Position numbers and translations under genes: made by a program. The notes below the pieces were generated by a model. That model was not told where the DNA came from, made no database searches, and saw nothing but the letters and a program-made list of their open reading frames with translations. This document shows positions 29,095 to 38,755 of a stretch of DNA of 64,000 bases, in pieces. This stretch comes from a bacterium (lineage in GTDB: Bacteria; Patescibacteriota; Minisyncoccia; Phycocordibacterales; UBA12088). The stretch spans positions 21,574 through 85,573 of the forward strand of contig QKEV01000008.1 in NCBI GenBank assembly GCA_003252295.1. The letters are read 5' to 3'. Numbering within the stretch: position 1 is the first letter of the stretch; every line of letters starts with the position of its first letter.

Positions 29095-29574
29095 GTGGAT
29101 CTGTTTTCAAGAAAGACTCAGGGTGGGACTATCTACATACCGCCACTATGTAAGGTGAAGGTTGTTGATGACAGTATGCAGTTTCGTTACAAGTTGCCAA
29201 CAGGTGGAAAATTAGCACTTTGTGTTGCACCGCAATATGGGAAGGCAGACAAAGAAGGTCATTTTCACAAAGGTTTGGTTGAAGTGTACACGGTTCATTT
29301 GGGCTGGCTCGAAATAATCTTTCAGGATGCTTCGGGTGGTGAAATAGAACATACGGTTGTTGAACCGTACGGCACCAGTTGTTCGTTCGTTGCGTCAACA
29401 GGTATGAGGCATGCGATCATACAGGGACCAGAAACAGTGTTTGTTGTACAAACCATCGCAAATCATAAGCCGGTACCTAATCCAGAGAAGAATGGGAATG
29501 ATTGGTATCCTGCCGAAGAAAAGTTTAATGAACTTGTTCGCGAACACTTTCGTGTCCGAGGGTACGATATGTAA
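29095..29574 (+). CDS. Cupin-fold protein, possibly sugar 3,4-ketoisomerase-like (FdtA/WxcM type), tentative
   Basis: 159 aa with an HFHKG...E...H pattern. Its position is between a sugar epimerase and glycosyltransferases. Confidence 0.35.
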   Translation: MDLFSRKTQGGTIYIPPLCKVKVVDDSMQFRYKLPTGGKLALCVAPQYGKADKEGHFHKGLVEVYTVHLGWLEIIFQDASGGEIEHTVVEPYGTSCSFVASTGMRHAIIQGPETVFVVQTIANHKPVPNPEKNGNDWYPAEEKFNELVREHFRVRGYDM

Positions 29575-29631
29575 TTTTATAACACCCCTACGTGTGCTAT
29601 GTGCACGTAGGGGTGCTTGTATCAATAAAAT

Positions 29632-30834
29632 ATGCGGAATGGTATACTACTCTTCATGAAAAAACGCATACTACTGTTTTCTCTCGCATACTACCCGAGT
29701 CATGTTTCTGGAGCTGAGGCTGCAGTACGAGAGATTACTGACAGAATAAAACCTGAAGAAATTGAATTTGAACTTATTACCCACTGGTTTGATAAGTCAC
29801 AACCGAGGGAGGAAAAAATAGGGAACGTACTCGTGCATCGAGTGGGGGTGAGTGCGAACTACCTTTCAAAGATACTTTTTGTATTTCTTGCTGTACGTAC
29901 AGCACAGAGACTGCACAAAGAGAAACCATTTACCGGCATGTGGGCACTCATGACGTACATGCTCTTCCCGCTTTCACTCGCGCGAATGTTTGGCATGAAG
30001 CTTCCGTACGTCATTACGCTACAGGATGGTGATGCGTATGAGAAAGTGTTTGAGCGGTGGTTCATTAAGCCGTTTGCATGGATACTCGACTATGGTTTTA
30101 GGCATGCGACGGTGGTACAAGCAATATCAAACTATCTTGCTGAGTGGCCAGCAAAACGTGGTAGTGATGTTCCTGTGGAGATGATACATAACGGTGGTAA
30201 CCCACGGGACTTCATACGTGACCTCTTTAGTAAGGAGGAGATAGAAGACGCACGAAAAGGGATAGGTGTACTGGAAGGTGAAATACTTATAGGTAACACT
30301 GCTCGCTTGGTGTACCAGAAAGGGTGGGAAGACACCATTACTGCACTCTCACAGCTTCCAGAAAAGTACAAAATGCTCATCGTTGGTGGCGGGGAAGATG
30401 AAAAGAAGTACAGGGAGTTGGTGAAGAAACTTTCACTCGAGAGCAGAGTAATTTTTATTGGACAGGTAGACAGGAGTGAAGTGACCAGGTACCGAAGAAT
30501 GCTTGATGTGTTCGTTATGCCGAGCAGGTCAGAAGGCTTGGGTAATGCGGGACTCTCAGCTATGGCGAGCAAGATCCCACTCATTGCAACGCAAGAGGGT
30601 GGACTCGCTGAGTACGTGTTTGATGAGAAGAGAAATCCTGGAGTTCCGGCAACAGCCTGGGCGGTAGATAGGGATAGCCCAGGACAGATAGCAGAGACCG
30701 TGCAGTACATCATTGATCATCCGGAGAAACGGCAAAAGGTGGTGACCACAGCGTACGACATGGTGTCACGAAAGTACCGTTGGGATTCCATTGCGAAAGA
30801 TATGCAGGAGAAGGTGTTTTCTAAAATTACGTAG
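29632..30834 (+). CDS. Glycosyltransferase family 4 (GT-B)
   Basis: The C-terminal GT4 region has EGLGNAGLSAMASKIPLIAT. An alternative start is at 29656 (MKKRILLFS). Confidence 0.8.
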   Translation: MRNGILLFMKKRILLFSLAYYPSHVSGAEAAVREITDRIKPEEIEFELITHWFDKSQPREEKIGNVLVHRVGVSANYLSKILFVFLAVRTAQRLHKEKPFTGMWALMTYMLFPLSLARMFGMKLPYVITLQDGDAYEKVFERWFIKPFAWILDYGFRHATVVQAISNYLAEWPAKRGSDVPVEMIHNGGNPRDFIRDLFSKEEIEDARKGIGVLEGEILIGNTARLVYQKGWEDTITALSQLPEKYKMLIVGGGEDEKKYRELVKKLSLESRVIFIGQVDRSEVTRYRRMLDVFVMPSRSEGLGNAGLSAMASKIPLIATQEGGLAEYVFDEKRNPGVPATAWAVDRDSPGQIAETVQYIIDHPEKRQKVVTTAYDMVSRKYRWDSIAKDMQEKVFSKIT

Positions 30835-30835
30835 T

Positions 30836-31387
30836 ATGTTCAACGCACCAACACTAGTAGAGAAGGCGGTACGAGTGGCGACAGTAGCCCATAGTGGTCA
30901 GGTGCGGAAAAGTGATGGGTCTCCCTACATAGTGCATCCATACATGTGTGCACTGAAGCTCATGCAGTACGATTGCTCTGAGGAGGTGGTAGCCGCTGCA
31001 CTCACCCATGATGTACTAGAGGATACTGCCATAACCGAAGATGAGCTTCGACTCATACTTGGTAACGCAGTGGTGGATATTGTCACACATGTTTCAGAGG
31101 ATAAGAGGAAGGAATGGGAGGCAAGGAAAGAAGACTATGTAGAGATGGTGCGCAATGCTCCTCTTGAGGTAAAGCTCGTGAGTATTGTCGACAAGATACA
31201 CAACATGGAGAGTGTCCTCTTTGCTCATGAAAAAGATGGTGAAAAGATATGGAGTGTGTTCAACAAGGGAAAGGAAAAGAAATTGTGGTTTGAGGAGTTG
31301 TGCTTGAACATGTTCAAAGAGACACTGGAGCATCCACTCGTAGCCGAGTATGAGAAGCTCGTCGAAAAGATGCGAACTCTGATGTAG
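30836..31387 (+). CDS. HD-domain protein resembling (p)ppGpp hydrolase / small alarmone hydrolase
   Basis: AHSGQVRKSDGSPYIVHPYMCA...AALTHDVLEDT is the RelA/SpoT-type HD motif. The start overlaps the upstream stop by 1 nt. Confidence 0.7.
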   Translation: MFNAPTLVEKAVRVATVAHSGQVRKSDGSPYIVHPYMCALKLMQYDCSEEVVAAALTHDVLEDTAITEDELRLILGNAVVDIVTHVSEDKRKEWEARKEDYVEMVRNAPLEVKLVSIVDKIHNMESVLFAHEKDGEKIWSVFNKGKEKKLWFEELCLNMFKETLEHPLVAEYEKLVEKMRTLM

Positions 31388-32476
31388 CTAGTGCAGGTTC
31401 TTCTGTCGTTCAACTTCTTCCGTATCACGCAATCTATCGCGTGTTTTTTTGTATCCTTCTACGATGTTTGAATCGACTGTGGTGTTGTTGAGTTGTGCTT
31501 CAAGTACCCGTGACCAAAACTGTACACGTTCCTGTGTGAGAGTGGTGAGGTTGCCTTCAGTTTTTTCAAGCTTACTTGCGTAAAACCAGATGAGTTCGAG
31601 GAGTCGGTATATACGCATGAGCCGAAGTGATTCTAGTTCCCCCTTACTTCTGTTGTTTGCTACGTACTCATGTAGGGCTCGTTCGAGAGATGGATTATGA
31701 AGCGTCATGAAGTTCATGAGCCGTGCCCAACCTTCGTACTTGTTACCAAAGCGGATAGCAGTATGGTCAAGCAGGTAGATATCTTGCTCATGTACACGGA
31801 TGTTGTGGGGAACAAAGTCCCAGTGTGTAAGAAAGTTTGAGTATAGGTCGAGTATCTCTGAACCACTCTCAAGAGCTTCTTGTGCACGACGGAGTAGTTC
31901 AGTAAGTTCTGTCTTTTCTTTGAGCAGGCCGGACGTTTCTTGTACGAATGACTTTGCGTTTTCTAGATAGCGATCACTAGTGTATAGCTCAAAAACTTTC
32001 CGTATATTTTTGATGTGCCCGTACGTTGTTGCATGCGAACCTTCCTGAGCTTCCAGTGCCTTGAGTGCAAGGAAGAACTGCTCCTCTAGACTTCGTTCGA
32101 GAAAAGTTTTTTCCTGAGGTATGAACTCAGTGATGTAAAAGGTGTAGACACCATGCTTACCAAAGAGTATCTCTTCTGGTGAGTAGAAGGTGTTGTATGC
32201 AAAACGAATTTTCCTGAGCATGTCATGTGCTGCTCGTTCTTTCTCAAGTTCCTGGGCTATGGTGCTGTTGCTTGTAATCTTTATGATTACTTGCTTACCA
32301 GTTGTCGTTTGTGCGCCATAGAGTACGAGTTTTTCTCCAGAAAGGATGTAGCGTTCACCTTGTATGTGTGGTTGCTCGCTCGCAAGCTCAAACCCTTCAT
32401 CCAAGAGGAGTGGAGTGACTTCTTGAAGGTGTTGCTGGCAGTATGCTTCCCATTTTTCTTTTTGACTATCACCCAT
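31388..32476 (-). CDS. Protein-kinase-like / aminoglycoside-phosphotransferase-fold kinase
   Basis: Catalytic-loop HWDFVPHNIRV (HxDxxxxN) and a DxG-type LLDHTAIRFG. The start was chosen at the Met 2 nt after the upstream GT stop. The longer ORF to 32587 overlaps that GT. Confidence 0.5.
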   Translation of the reverse strand: MGDSQKEKWEAYCQQHLQEVTPLLLDEGFELASEQPHIQGERYILSGEKLVLYGAQTTTGKQVIIKITSNSTIAQELEKERAAHDMLRKIRFAYNTFYSPEEILFGKHGVYTFYITEFIPQEKTFLERSLEEQFFLALKALEAQEGSHATTYGHIKNIRKVFELYTSDRYLENAKSFVQETSGLLKEKTELTELLRRAQEALESGSEILDLYSNFLTHWDFVPHNIRVHEQDIYLLDHTAIRFGNKYEGWARLMNFMTLHNPSLERALHEYVANNRSKGELESLRLMRIYRLLELIWFYASKLEKTEGNLTTLTQERVQFWSRVLEAQLNNTTVDSNIVEGYKKTRDRLRDTEEVERQKNLH

Positions 32477-33614
32477 GATGTATTTTATTAAACGTATCAT
32501 TGAGTATCTGAATATGTTTGTCCCATGAAAATGTTTTCTCGAATACTTTCTTTGCATTACCTGAAAGTTCTGCAGCAAATGATTCATCCTCTAGGATTTC
32601 CAAAAGCATTTCTGCAGTGATATTGGCATTTGCTGGTTGTGTGAGGAGTCCTGTTTTTTCATGCATTATTCCCTCACGTATTCCGGGGACATGAGGTACA
32701 ACGACAGGTACACCATTTTGAAATGCTTCGTAGAGAAGCTCTGGTGTTTCCGCGTACGCTGCAGTAGAGAGAAAAGCACTTGCTGTTTGTAAGTGGTAGA
32801 GCTTTTCTGCTCGCGACACCTCACCAAGTAGGAGAACATTCTTTTCAAGTGAGAGCTCACGTATACTGTCCTCAAGTGCAACACGTTCTTCTTTTCCTCC
32901 GCCTGCTATGACAAGTTGCGCGTCTTCATGTACTCCACACACTTTTTGCATTGCTCTTAATGCTGTTGGTATATCTTCCCATGGAAAGAGAGAAGCTTTC
33001 ATGAAAACCTTGTTGCGTTGCTTCTTTTCAGTGAAGGGGAGGGAGAGTGGTTTGCGTGGAGCAGGGTTGAGGACACTAACACGGGTGTTCTGAAGCCCAT
33101 GTGTTCGGGTGAGGTCATCACATATGAACTGTGATGGTGCGAGTACATGTCTAGCATGCCGAAGTACGTACTGTTGTGTATGCCAAACTCCCCAGACACC
33201 ACCAGGTATCTTTTGCAGTTTTCGAAATGCACCTTGATGAATAGGGGCGGTGTCGGTATGGAGAAATCGCTCCCATGCTTCGTCCTCTGTGTAGTGTACG
33301 ATAACAGGCGTTTTGGTAAAACGTCCTGCCAGTACCGCAGGTAGTCCTGCAGCAACAGCTCGTTCTGTATAGATAATGTCTGCGCTTCGCGCCAGTTGCG
33401 TGAGGGTACGTGTGTAGTGAAAGAGTCGTACAAAAAGAGGAGTGTTCTTCTTTACTGTTTTTATCTCTACTCCCGCAATGGTTTCTATATGGTTTGCGTA
33501 GGTAAGTATAGTTATCTCATGGCCTTCTTTGAGATGCAGAGCAAGTTCCTGTATATACTGAGCTGAGTCACCAGTTTCAGGTGGGAAGAGTGGTGTTGCG
33601 ATAAGTATTTTCAT
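32469..33614 (-). CDS. Glycosyltransferase family 4
   Basis: MKILIATPLFPPETGDSAQY N-terminus. GT4 C-terminal motif. Confidence 0.8.
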   Translation of the reverse strand: MKILIATPLFPPETGDSAQYIQELALHLKEGHEITILTYANHIETIAGVEIKTVKKNTPLFVRLFHYTRTLTQLARSADIIYTERAVAAGLPAVLAGRFTKTPVIVHYTEDEAWERFLHTDTAPIHQGAFRKLQKIPGGVWGVWHTQQYVLRHARHVLAPSQFICDDLTRTHGLQNTRVSVLNPAPRKPLSLPFTEKKQRNKVFMKASLFPWEDIPTALRAMQKVCGVHEDAQLVIAGGGKEERVALEDSIRELSLEKNVLLLGEVSRAEKLYHLQTASAFLSTAAYAETPELLYEAFQNGVPVVVPHVPGIREGIMHEKTGLLTQPANANITAEMLLEILEDESFAAELSGNAKKVFEKTFSWDKHIQILNDTFNKIHHG

Positions 33615-33728
33615 CCCGTTAGAGACAGGAAACGCTTGAGGCGGTTCTTGATGTATCTTTTACCCATACCGGATTTAAGATATTTCTCGCGCGCCCTGGC
33701 ATCTTCCTCATTAAAACTATGCTTCATA
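33611..33728 (-). CDS. 38-aa basic micro-ORF, translationally coupled (ATGA overlap) to the downstream GT
   Basis: Manual translation gives MKHSFNEEDARAREKYLKSGMGKRYIKNRLKRFLSLTG. It is below the ORF-track threshold and is speculative. Confidence 0.25.
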
Positions 33729-33986
33729 GTAAATAATTGTAAAAGGACTCCTGTTCTTTGTCGAGTTGCTTTTGCCTTCTTGGTGAACCCTCAAGCGTTT
33801 CCGTAAATTATTGGTAATTCCTGTGTACATATCTCCATCTTTATTACTTTTTAGTACGTATACATACCACATAACTATTTGTCTCTAACGGGATTCATGG
33901 TCGAATCCTATCACAGCAACGGTTACCTGTGCAGTGTGTAAGTAGTATAACCATATTTATGCAATATTTGGTATACTGAAACGGTT

Positions 33987-34991
33987 ATGAAAGTACTTAT
34001 TGCAACACCTTTATCACCTCCTGACCCAGGAGGACCATCTTACTATTCAGCAAGCTTGTACGATGCTTTTCAGGCAATGGGGGAAGAGGTTGAAATGATC
34101 TCATTCCGCGATGTACGTGGACTTCCTCCAGGTATTCGACATTTCGTATTCTTTTTGATGGTGTTCTTTAAGTTACGCAAGATGGATGCACTCATTATGC
34201 TCGACACAGTGAGTGTCGCTATACCGGCGGCTATCGCAGGAAGAATATTGCGCAAGAAAATGGTAGTACGTGTAGGTGGTGATTTCCTGTGGGAGCGATA
34301 CGTAGAACGTACTGGGGAGAAGATACTACTTTCTGACTTTTACTTACAGGAGAGACCTTTTACAAAGAAAGAACGTTTTATTATGTGGTTGCAGAAGAGG
34401 TATGTATTTCGTGACGATGTACAGCTTGCTTTTAATACTGCATGGCAGTATGGGCTCTGGGCAGAGCCGTACGGTCTCAAGGATGAAAACGCGCAGGTTA
34501 TCGGTAATGCGTTTGACATAAACATGCAGAAGCAAGCTGCACCAGGTGAAGTATTTCTTGCAGCGTGGCGACCTACAGCATTTAAAAATATTGATACACT
34601 TGAGAAAGCGTATGAGCTAGCGAAGGCAGAAGACAGTACGATACAGCTTGAGATATACAAGAACATACCTCGTGAGTCGCTCCATGAGTATATGATGAGT
34701 GCTCGAGCACTCATCATTCCATCACTTTCAGAACTTGCACCAAACATGGCATACGAAGCACTTGCTATGGGGATACCTGTTATCCTTACGCAAGATTGCG
34801 GTTTGTATGACGAACTCAAGGACGTGGCACTATGGGTAGACCCACTCAGTCCGGAAGATATTGCCAGTAAGATGCTCTATCTCCAAGATGAGGAGAACTA
34901 TTTTGAGATGAAAGAGCGGGTGAAGTACTTTACTCGTGACCACTCATACATGAACATAGCTAACGAGTTTCTCTTTGTATTAAAAAAGTAG
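33987..34991 (+). CDS. Glycosyltransferase (GT4-like), divergent paralog of 32469..33614
   Basis: MKVLIATPLSPPDPGGPSYY parallels the N-terminus of the neighbouring GT. Confidence 0.7.
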   Translation: MKVLIATPLSPPDPGGPSYYSASLYDAFQAMGEEVEMISFRDVRGLPPGIRHFVFFLMVFFKLRKMDALIMLDTVSVAIPAAIAGRILRKKMVVRVGGDFLWERYVERTGEKILLSDFYLQERPFTKKERFIMWLQKRYVFRDDVQLAFNTAWQYGLWAEPYGLKDENAQVIGNAFDINMQKQAAPGEVFLAAWRPTAFKNIDTLEKAYELAKAEDSTIQLEIYKNIPRESLHEYMMSARALIIPSLSELAPNMAYEALAMGIPVILTQDCGLYDELKDVALWVDPLSPEDIASKMLYLQDEENYFEMKERVKYFTRDHSYMNIANEFLFVLKK

Positions 34992-35000
34992 GTGTATGTA

Positions 35001-35034
35001 TAGAAAATCGGGACCTGCATTACAGGTCCCGATC
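35001..35034. terminator. Bidirectional terminator hairpin
   Basis: ATCGGGACCTG-cattac-AGGTCCCGAT, with an A-run on + (a T-run on minus). Confidence 0.55.
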
Positions 35035-35045
35035 AAGGGAAGAAC

Positions 35046-35348
35046 CTAGCACCATAAACGTCCAGCTCCTTTAAGTACGAGTGATTTTGCATTAGCAAGC
35101 ACAGCCAACGGTGGGGGAGTTTCTTTTTTAGCTTCTTTTCTCTCACGCACCTCCTTAAGTGCGCTTTGGAAAAGCTCACTATCAACCGTACAGTTGTATG
35201 TACTGTGCAGTTTTGCAGGAATAATGACTGAAATAGTTTTTTCAGCTAACCTTTTAGTTGCTAAAGATAATCTAGAATTCCTTCTGAGCATTTTTTTTGC
35301 TGTAAGGTATTTCTCTGCTATCTTCAACAATTCTTTTGGCTTTTTCAT
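35046..35348 (-). CDS. Hypothetical basic helical protein
   Basis: 100-aa ORF with terminator and promoter context. No motif recognised. Confidence 0.35.
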   Translation of the reverse strand: MKKPKELLKIAEKYLTAKKMLRRNSRLSLATKRLAEKTISVIIPAKLHSTYNCTVDSELFQSALKEVRERKEAKKETPPPLAVLANAKSLVLKGAGRLWC

Positions 35349-35472
35349 TATGCACCTCCTTTGTGTTGTATGGTTACCGTATCTATGTATGAAAATAACA
35401 TAAAAACATATTGTTGTAAATACTTCCTATCTCACCTGCGTTAAGTTACATATTCGTGTAAGCTATAAGTAC

Positions 35473-36612
35473 ATGATGAAGTTACTACTTATTGGAACTG
35501 ATCGACACATCTTCGTGGAGGGAACAGAGGCGAGAAGTCGTATGGTGGGCTATGCGAGTGTTGCTGATGAGATACATGTTATCGTTTTTGCAAAGAGGGG
35601 ACTTGGTTTTACGCAAACACAGATAGCTCCAAATATTACCGTGTACCCAACCAACTCACGTACGAAGCTTCACTATATATTCGATGCTGTGCATTTGGGA
35701 AAGGGTGTGAAAGGAATCACGCACGTGAGTGCACAAGATCCCTTCGAGTGTGGTCTTGCCTCACTGTTTGTTGCGCGTTTTCACAAAGCGGCATTTCAGG
35801 TACAGATGCATATAGATGCATTTGGAAAATACTTCAAAGCTGAGTCTCTTCTCAACCCGTTACGCTCACTCATCGCACGCTATGTTTTGCCAAGAGCAGA
35901 TGGTATACGTGCTGTTTCTGAACGTATAAAGAAGTCTGTACTTAATCAGAGGATGAGGTTGCACTGTGAGCCAAAAGTTCTGCCAGTGTACGTGGATGTA
36001 TCTCGTTTTGAAACAGAAGAAGCAACAGTATCACTGCATGAGAAGTATCCACACTTTGACCCACTCATACTCACTGCAGGACGTTTGGTGCCACAGAAAG
36101 ATATGCCGACAGCGTTCAAGGCATTTGCTCAGTTTGTAGAAAAAGAAGAGAAATCAGGACTCGTTGTGGTGGGGGAGGGTCCTGATGAGGATGAGTTGAA
36201 AGAGCTTGTAGCTACACTTGGGCTTGATGGAAGAGTAGTGTTTGAACCGTGGCAAAAGGACGCATCCGCATACCTGTCATACCTAAAGACAGCGGACATA
36301 TTTCTCATGACATCAACACATGAAGGGTATCAACGCGCACTGGGTGAAGCTGCTGCCTCTGGTATTCCTGTTGTAACGACAGACACGGGACCGGTGGGTT
36401 CTGTGTACAAGGATGGTGACTCGGTACTCGTTTGTCCTGTGGGGGATGTCGCTTGTATTACTGAGAAGTTGCACATGCTAGCGAGTGACCCTGTGCTTCG
36501 GGAAAAGCTCAGTACTCGTGCTCGAAGAGTAGCGCATGACGCTATAGCTCCTGACTACGAAACATACATACAGCATTTTCGTGACCTCATTTTAGCGTGT
36601 GGTGGTAAGTAA
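35473..36612 (+). CDS. Glycosyltransferase family 4
   Basis: GT4 C-terminal region TSTHEGYQRALGEAAASGIPVVTTDTG. Confidence 0.75.
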   Translation: MMKLLLIGTDRHIFVEGTEARSRMVGYASVADEIHVIVFAKRGLGFTQTQIAPNITVYPTNSRTKLHYIFDAVHLGKGVKGITHVSAQDPFECGLASLFVARFHKAAFQVQMHIDAFGKYFKAESLLNPLRSLIARYVLPRADGIRAVSERIKKSVLNQRMRLHCEPKVLPVYVDVSRFETEEATVSLHEKYPHFDPLILTAGRLVPQKDMPTAFKAFAQFVEKEEKSGLVVVGEGPDEDELKELVATLGLDGRVVFEPWQKDASAYLSYLKTADIFLMTSTHEGYQRALGEAAASGIPVVTTDTGPVGSVYKDGDSVLVCPVGDVACITEKLHMLASDPVLREKLSTRARRVAHDAIAPDYETYIQHFRDLILACGGK

Positions 36613-36651
36613 CCTATTTGTTTTTACGTAGTTACTATATAGTAACAAGTC

Positions 36652-37650
36652 ATGACGGGGCAGAGGAAAAGACCAAGGGTGGTGACCATCGGTGGAGGTA
36701 CCGGTCATTTTGCACTGCTCAACGGTCTTAAAAAGCATAGGGTAGATATCACGGCGGTGGTTACCATGGCGGACGATGGTGGCTCGACAGGGGTACTCCG
36801 AGATGAGCTCGGTGTGCTTCCTCCAGGTGATCTGCGGCAATGTCTGGTGGCTCTCTCAGAGGCGGACGAACTCGTTCGTGAACTCTTCACGCATCGTTTT
36901 GATACGGGAACACTCAAGGGGCATAACTTTGGTAATTTGTTCATCAGTGCGCTGGAGCAGGTGTCGGGTTCTATCGAGCGGGCTGTAGAGGGTGCAGCAG
37001 ATGTTTTAAAGATCCAAGGTGAGGTTTTGCCGGTGACACTCGACAAGACCAAGCTGAGTGCGACACTTAAAGATGGTACGGTTTTGAATGGTGAGTACGT
37101 ACTCTCAGGCAGTCCTGATGTCTTTGTAAAAGGGGTAGCAAGTATGGAGCTGACACCAAAGGCGACACTCAACCCTCGAGTAGAGCGTGCTATTCGTCAG
37201 GCAGACCTGGTGGTGCTTGGACCGGGGAACCTGTATTCATCACTCATACCAAACATGCTCGTGCCACGACTCGGTGAGGTGCTACATAGTGCGTACGCTC
37301 CTGTTGTCTTTGTGGCAAACCTTATGAACAAGAAGGGGCACACGGATGACTTTGACTGTGCTCGGTACGTGGAGGAGGTAGAGCGGTACGCGGGGACAAG
37401 GTTTATTGATACCGTGTTGTATAACACAGAGCGTGTTTCAAAAGAGCTCGTGGAGCGGTATGAGAGTGAGGGTGTACCGGTGGTATGTCCATCGAGTGAT
37501 GATGGGGATGTGGAGTACATAGGTGCAGAGCTTATTTCAGACACCATGCCGGAGCAGAAAAAGGGGGATGCCATACAACGTACATTCATACGACACGACT
37601 CTGACAAGCTTGCAAGGGCTATCATGAAGGTACTCCACGGTACAATGTAA
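36652..37650 (+). CDS. YvcK/UPF0052 (CofD-like) gluconeogenesis-factor family protein
   Basis: VVTIGGGTGHFALLNGLK...TAVVTMADDGGSTGVLR...PPGDLRQ is the hallmark of the family. Confidence 0.85.
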   Translation: MTGQRKRPRVVTIGGGTGHFALLNGLKKHRVDITAVVTMADDGGSTGVLRDELGVLPPGDLRQCLVALSEADELVRELFTHRFDTGTLKGHNFGNLFISALEQVSGSIERAVEGAADVLKIQGEVLPVTLDKTKLSATLKDGTVLNGEYVLSGSPDVFVKGVASMELTPKATLNPRVERAIRQADLVVLGPGNLYSSLIPNMLVPRLGEVLHSAYAPVVFVANLMNKKGHTDDFDCARYVEEVERYAGTRFIDTVLYNTERVSKELVERYESEGVPVVCPSSDDGDVEYIGAELISDTMPEQKKGDAIQRTFIRHDSDKLARAIMKVLHGTM

Positions 37651-37714
37651 ATGTAGTAGCTGTACAAGAATGATTCACGTAACGTATGCCCTTTGTGTAT
37701 AAATCATGTAAATA

Positions 37715-38755
37715 ATGAAACTACTCATCCTCACACAAATAGTAGACAGAGAAGACCCCTTTTTGGGGTTCGTTCATACGTGGCTTGAAGCATTTGCGAC
37801 AAAGTTTGAGAAGATTACGGTGATTTGTTTGAAAGAAGGTAAACATGATCTACCTGAAAACATAGAGGTGTATTCACTCGGTAAAGAGGAAGGAGGGTCC
37901 CGTTTGAAGTATGTCAGACGTTTCTTGTGCTACATTTGGAAGTTTCGGAAAGAGTATGAAGGAGTGTTTGTGCACATGAACCATGAGTATGTGGTGCTTG
38001 GGGGATGGCTTTGGCGACTCATGGGGAAGAGGGTGACCTTGTGGCGTAACCACTTTGAGAAAAAGCTTTTGGTAGATATTGCAGCACCTTTCTGTCACAC
38101 AATCTTTTGTACCTCAAAGTACTCATACACTGCAAAGTTTAAAAAGACGGTCCTCATGCCGGTGGGTGTTCCCGAACAGGTTTTTCCTTTGGGTGATATG
38201 GAAGACAGGGAACCAAGCTCCATACTTTCATTTGGTCGTATCTCACCGGCAAAAAAAACAGAGCAACTCATCGAAGCTCTTTCGGTACTTCGAGATCGTT
38301 CTGTTGCGTTTACTGCAACCATATGTGGAGATGCATTACCCGAGTTACGTGACTACGAAACCATGCTTCACGACAAGGTAAAAGAACTTGGTTTGGAAGA
38401 ACAGGTTACTTTTATTCCTGGAATATCTTTTGAGAAGGTGCCGGAATTGTATAAAAAGTATATGATTAGTGTAAACCAGACTGAAAGTGGTTCGTATGAC
38501 AAGACAATCTTTGAGGCAATGCTTAGTGGAACACTTTCCTTGTCATGTAACGAAAACCTCAAAGGGGAGATTGATGACATATTTCTGTTTACCGAGGATA
38601 GTGTGAAGGAGCTTGCTGATCATTTGGAGCAGTTGCTACTCCTTCCTGATTATGAAAAAAAGCAAAAAGGTGAAGAGTTGCGCAGTTATGCGCTAGAAAA
38701 TCATAGTCTTTCAAGTTTGGTAGAAAAAGTTTTTAAAGAAATGCATGGAAAGTGA
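37715..38755 (+). CDS. Glycosyltransferase (GT-B, family 1/4-like)
   Basis: Gene context and C-terminal GT-B-like region. The motifs are weaker than in the other GTs. Confidence 0.5.
   Translation: MKLLILTQIVDREDPFLGFVHTWLEAFATKFEKITVICLKEGKHDLPENIEVYSLGKEEGGSRLKYVRRFLCYIWKFRKEYEGVFVHMNHEYVVLGGWLWRLMGKRVTLWRNHFEKKLLVDIAAPFCHTIFCTSKYSYTAKFKKTVLMPVGVPEQVFPLGDMEDREPSSILSFGRISPAKKTEQLIEALSVLRDRSVAFTATICGDALPELRDYETMLHDKVKELGLEEQVTFIPGISFEKVPELYKKYMISVNQTESGSYDKTIFEAMLSGTLSLSCNENLKGEIDDIFLFTEDSVKELADHLEQLLLLPDYEKKQKGEELRSYALENHSLSSLVEKVFKEMHGK

Noticed and set aside
32476-32587. Longer start (32587) for the kinase-like ORF
   Set aside because: It would overlap the 3' end of the upstream GT gene by ~118 nt. 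A Met 2 nt after the GT stop gives a conventional junction.
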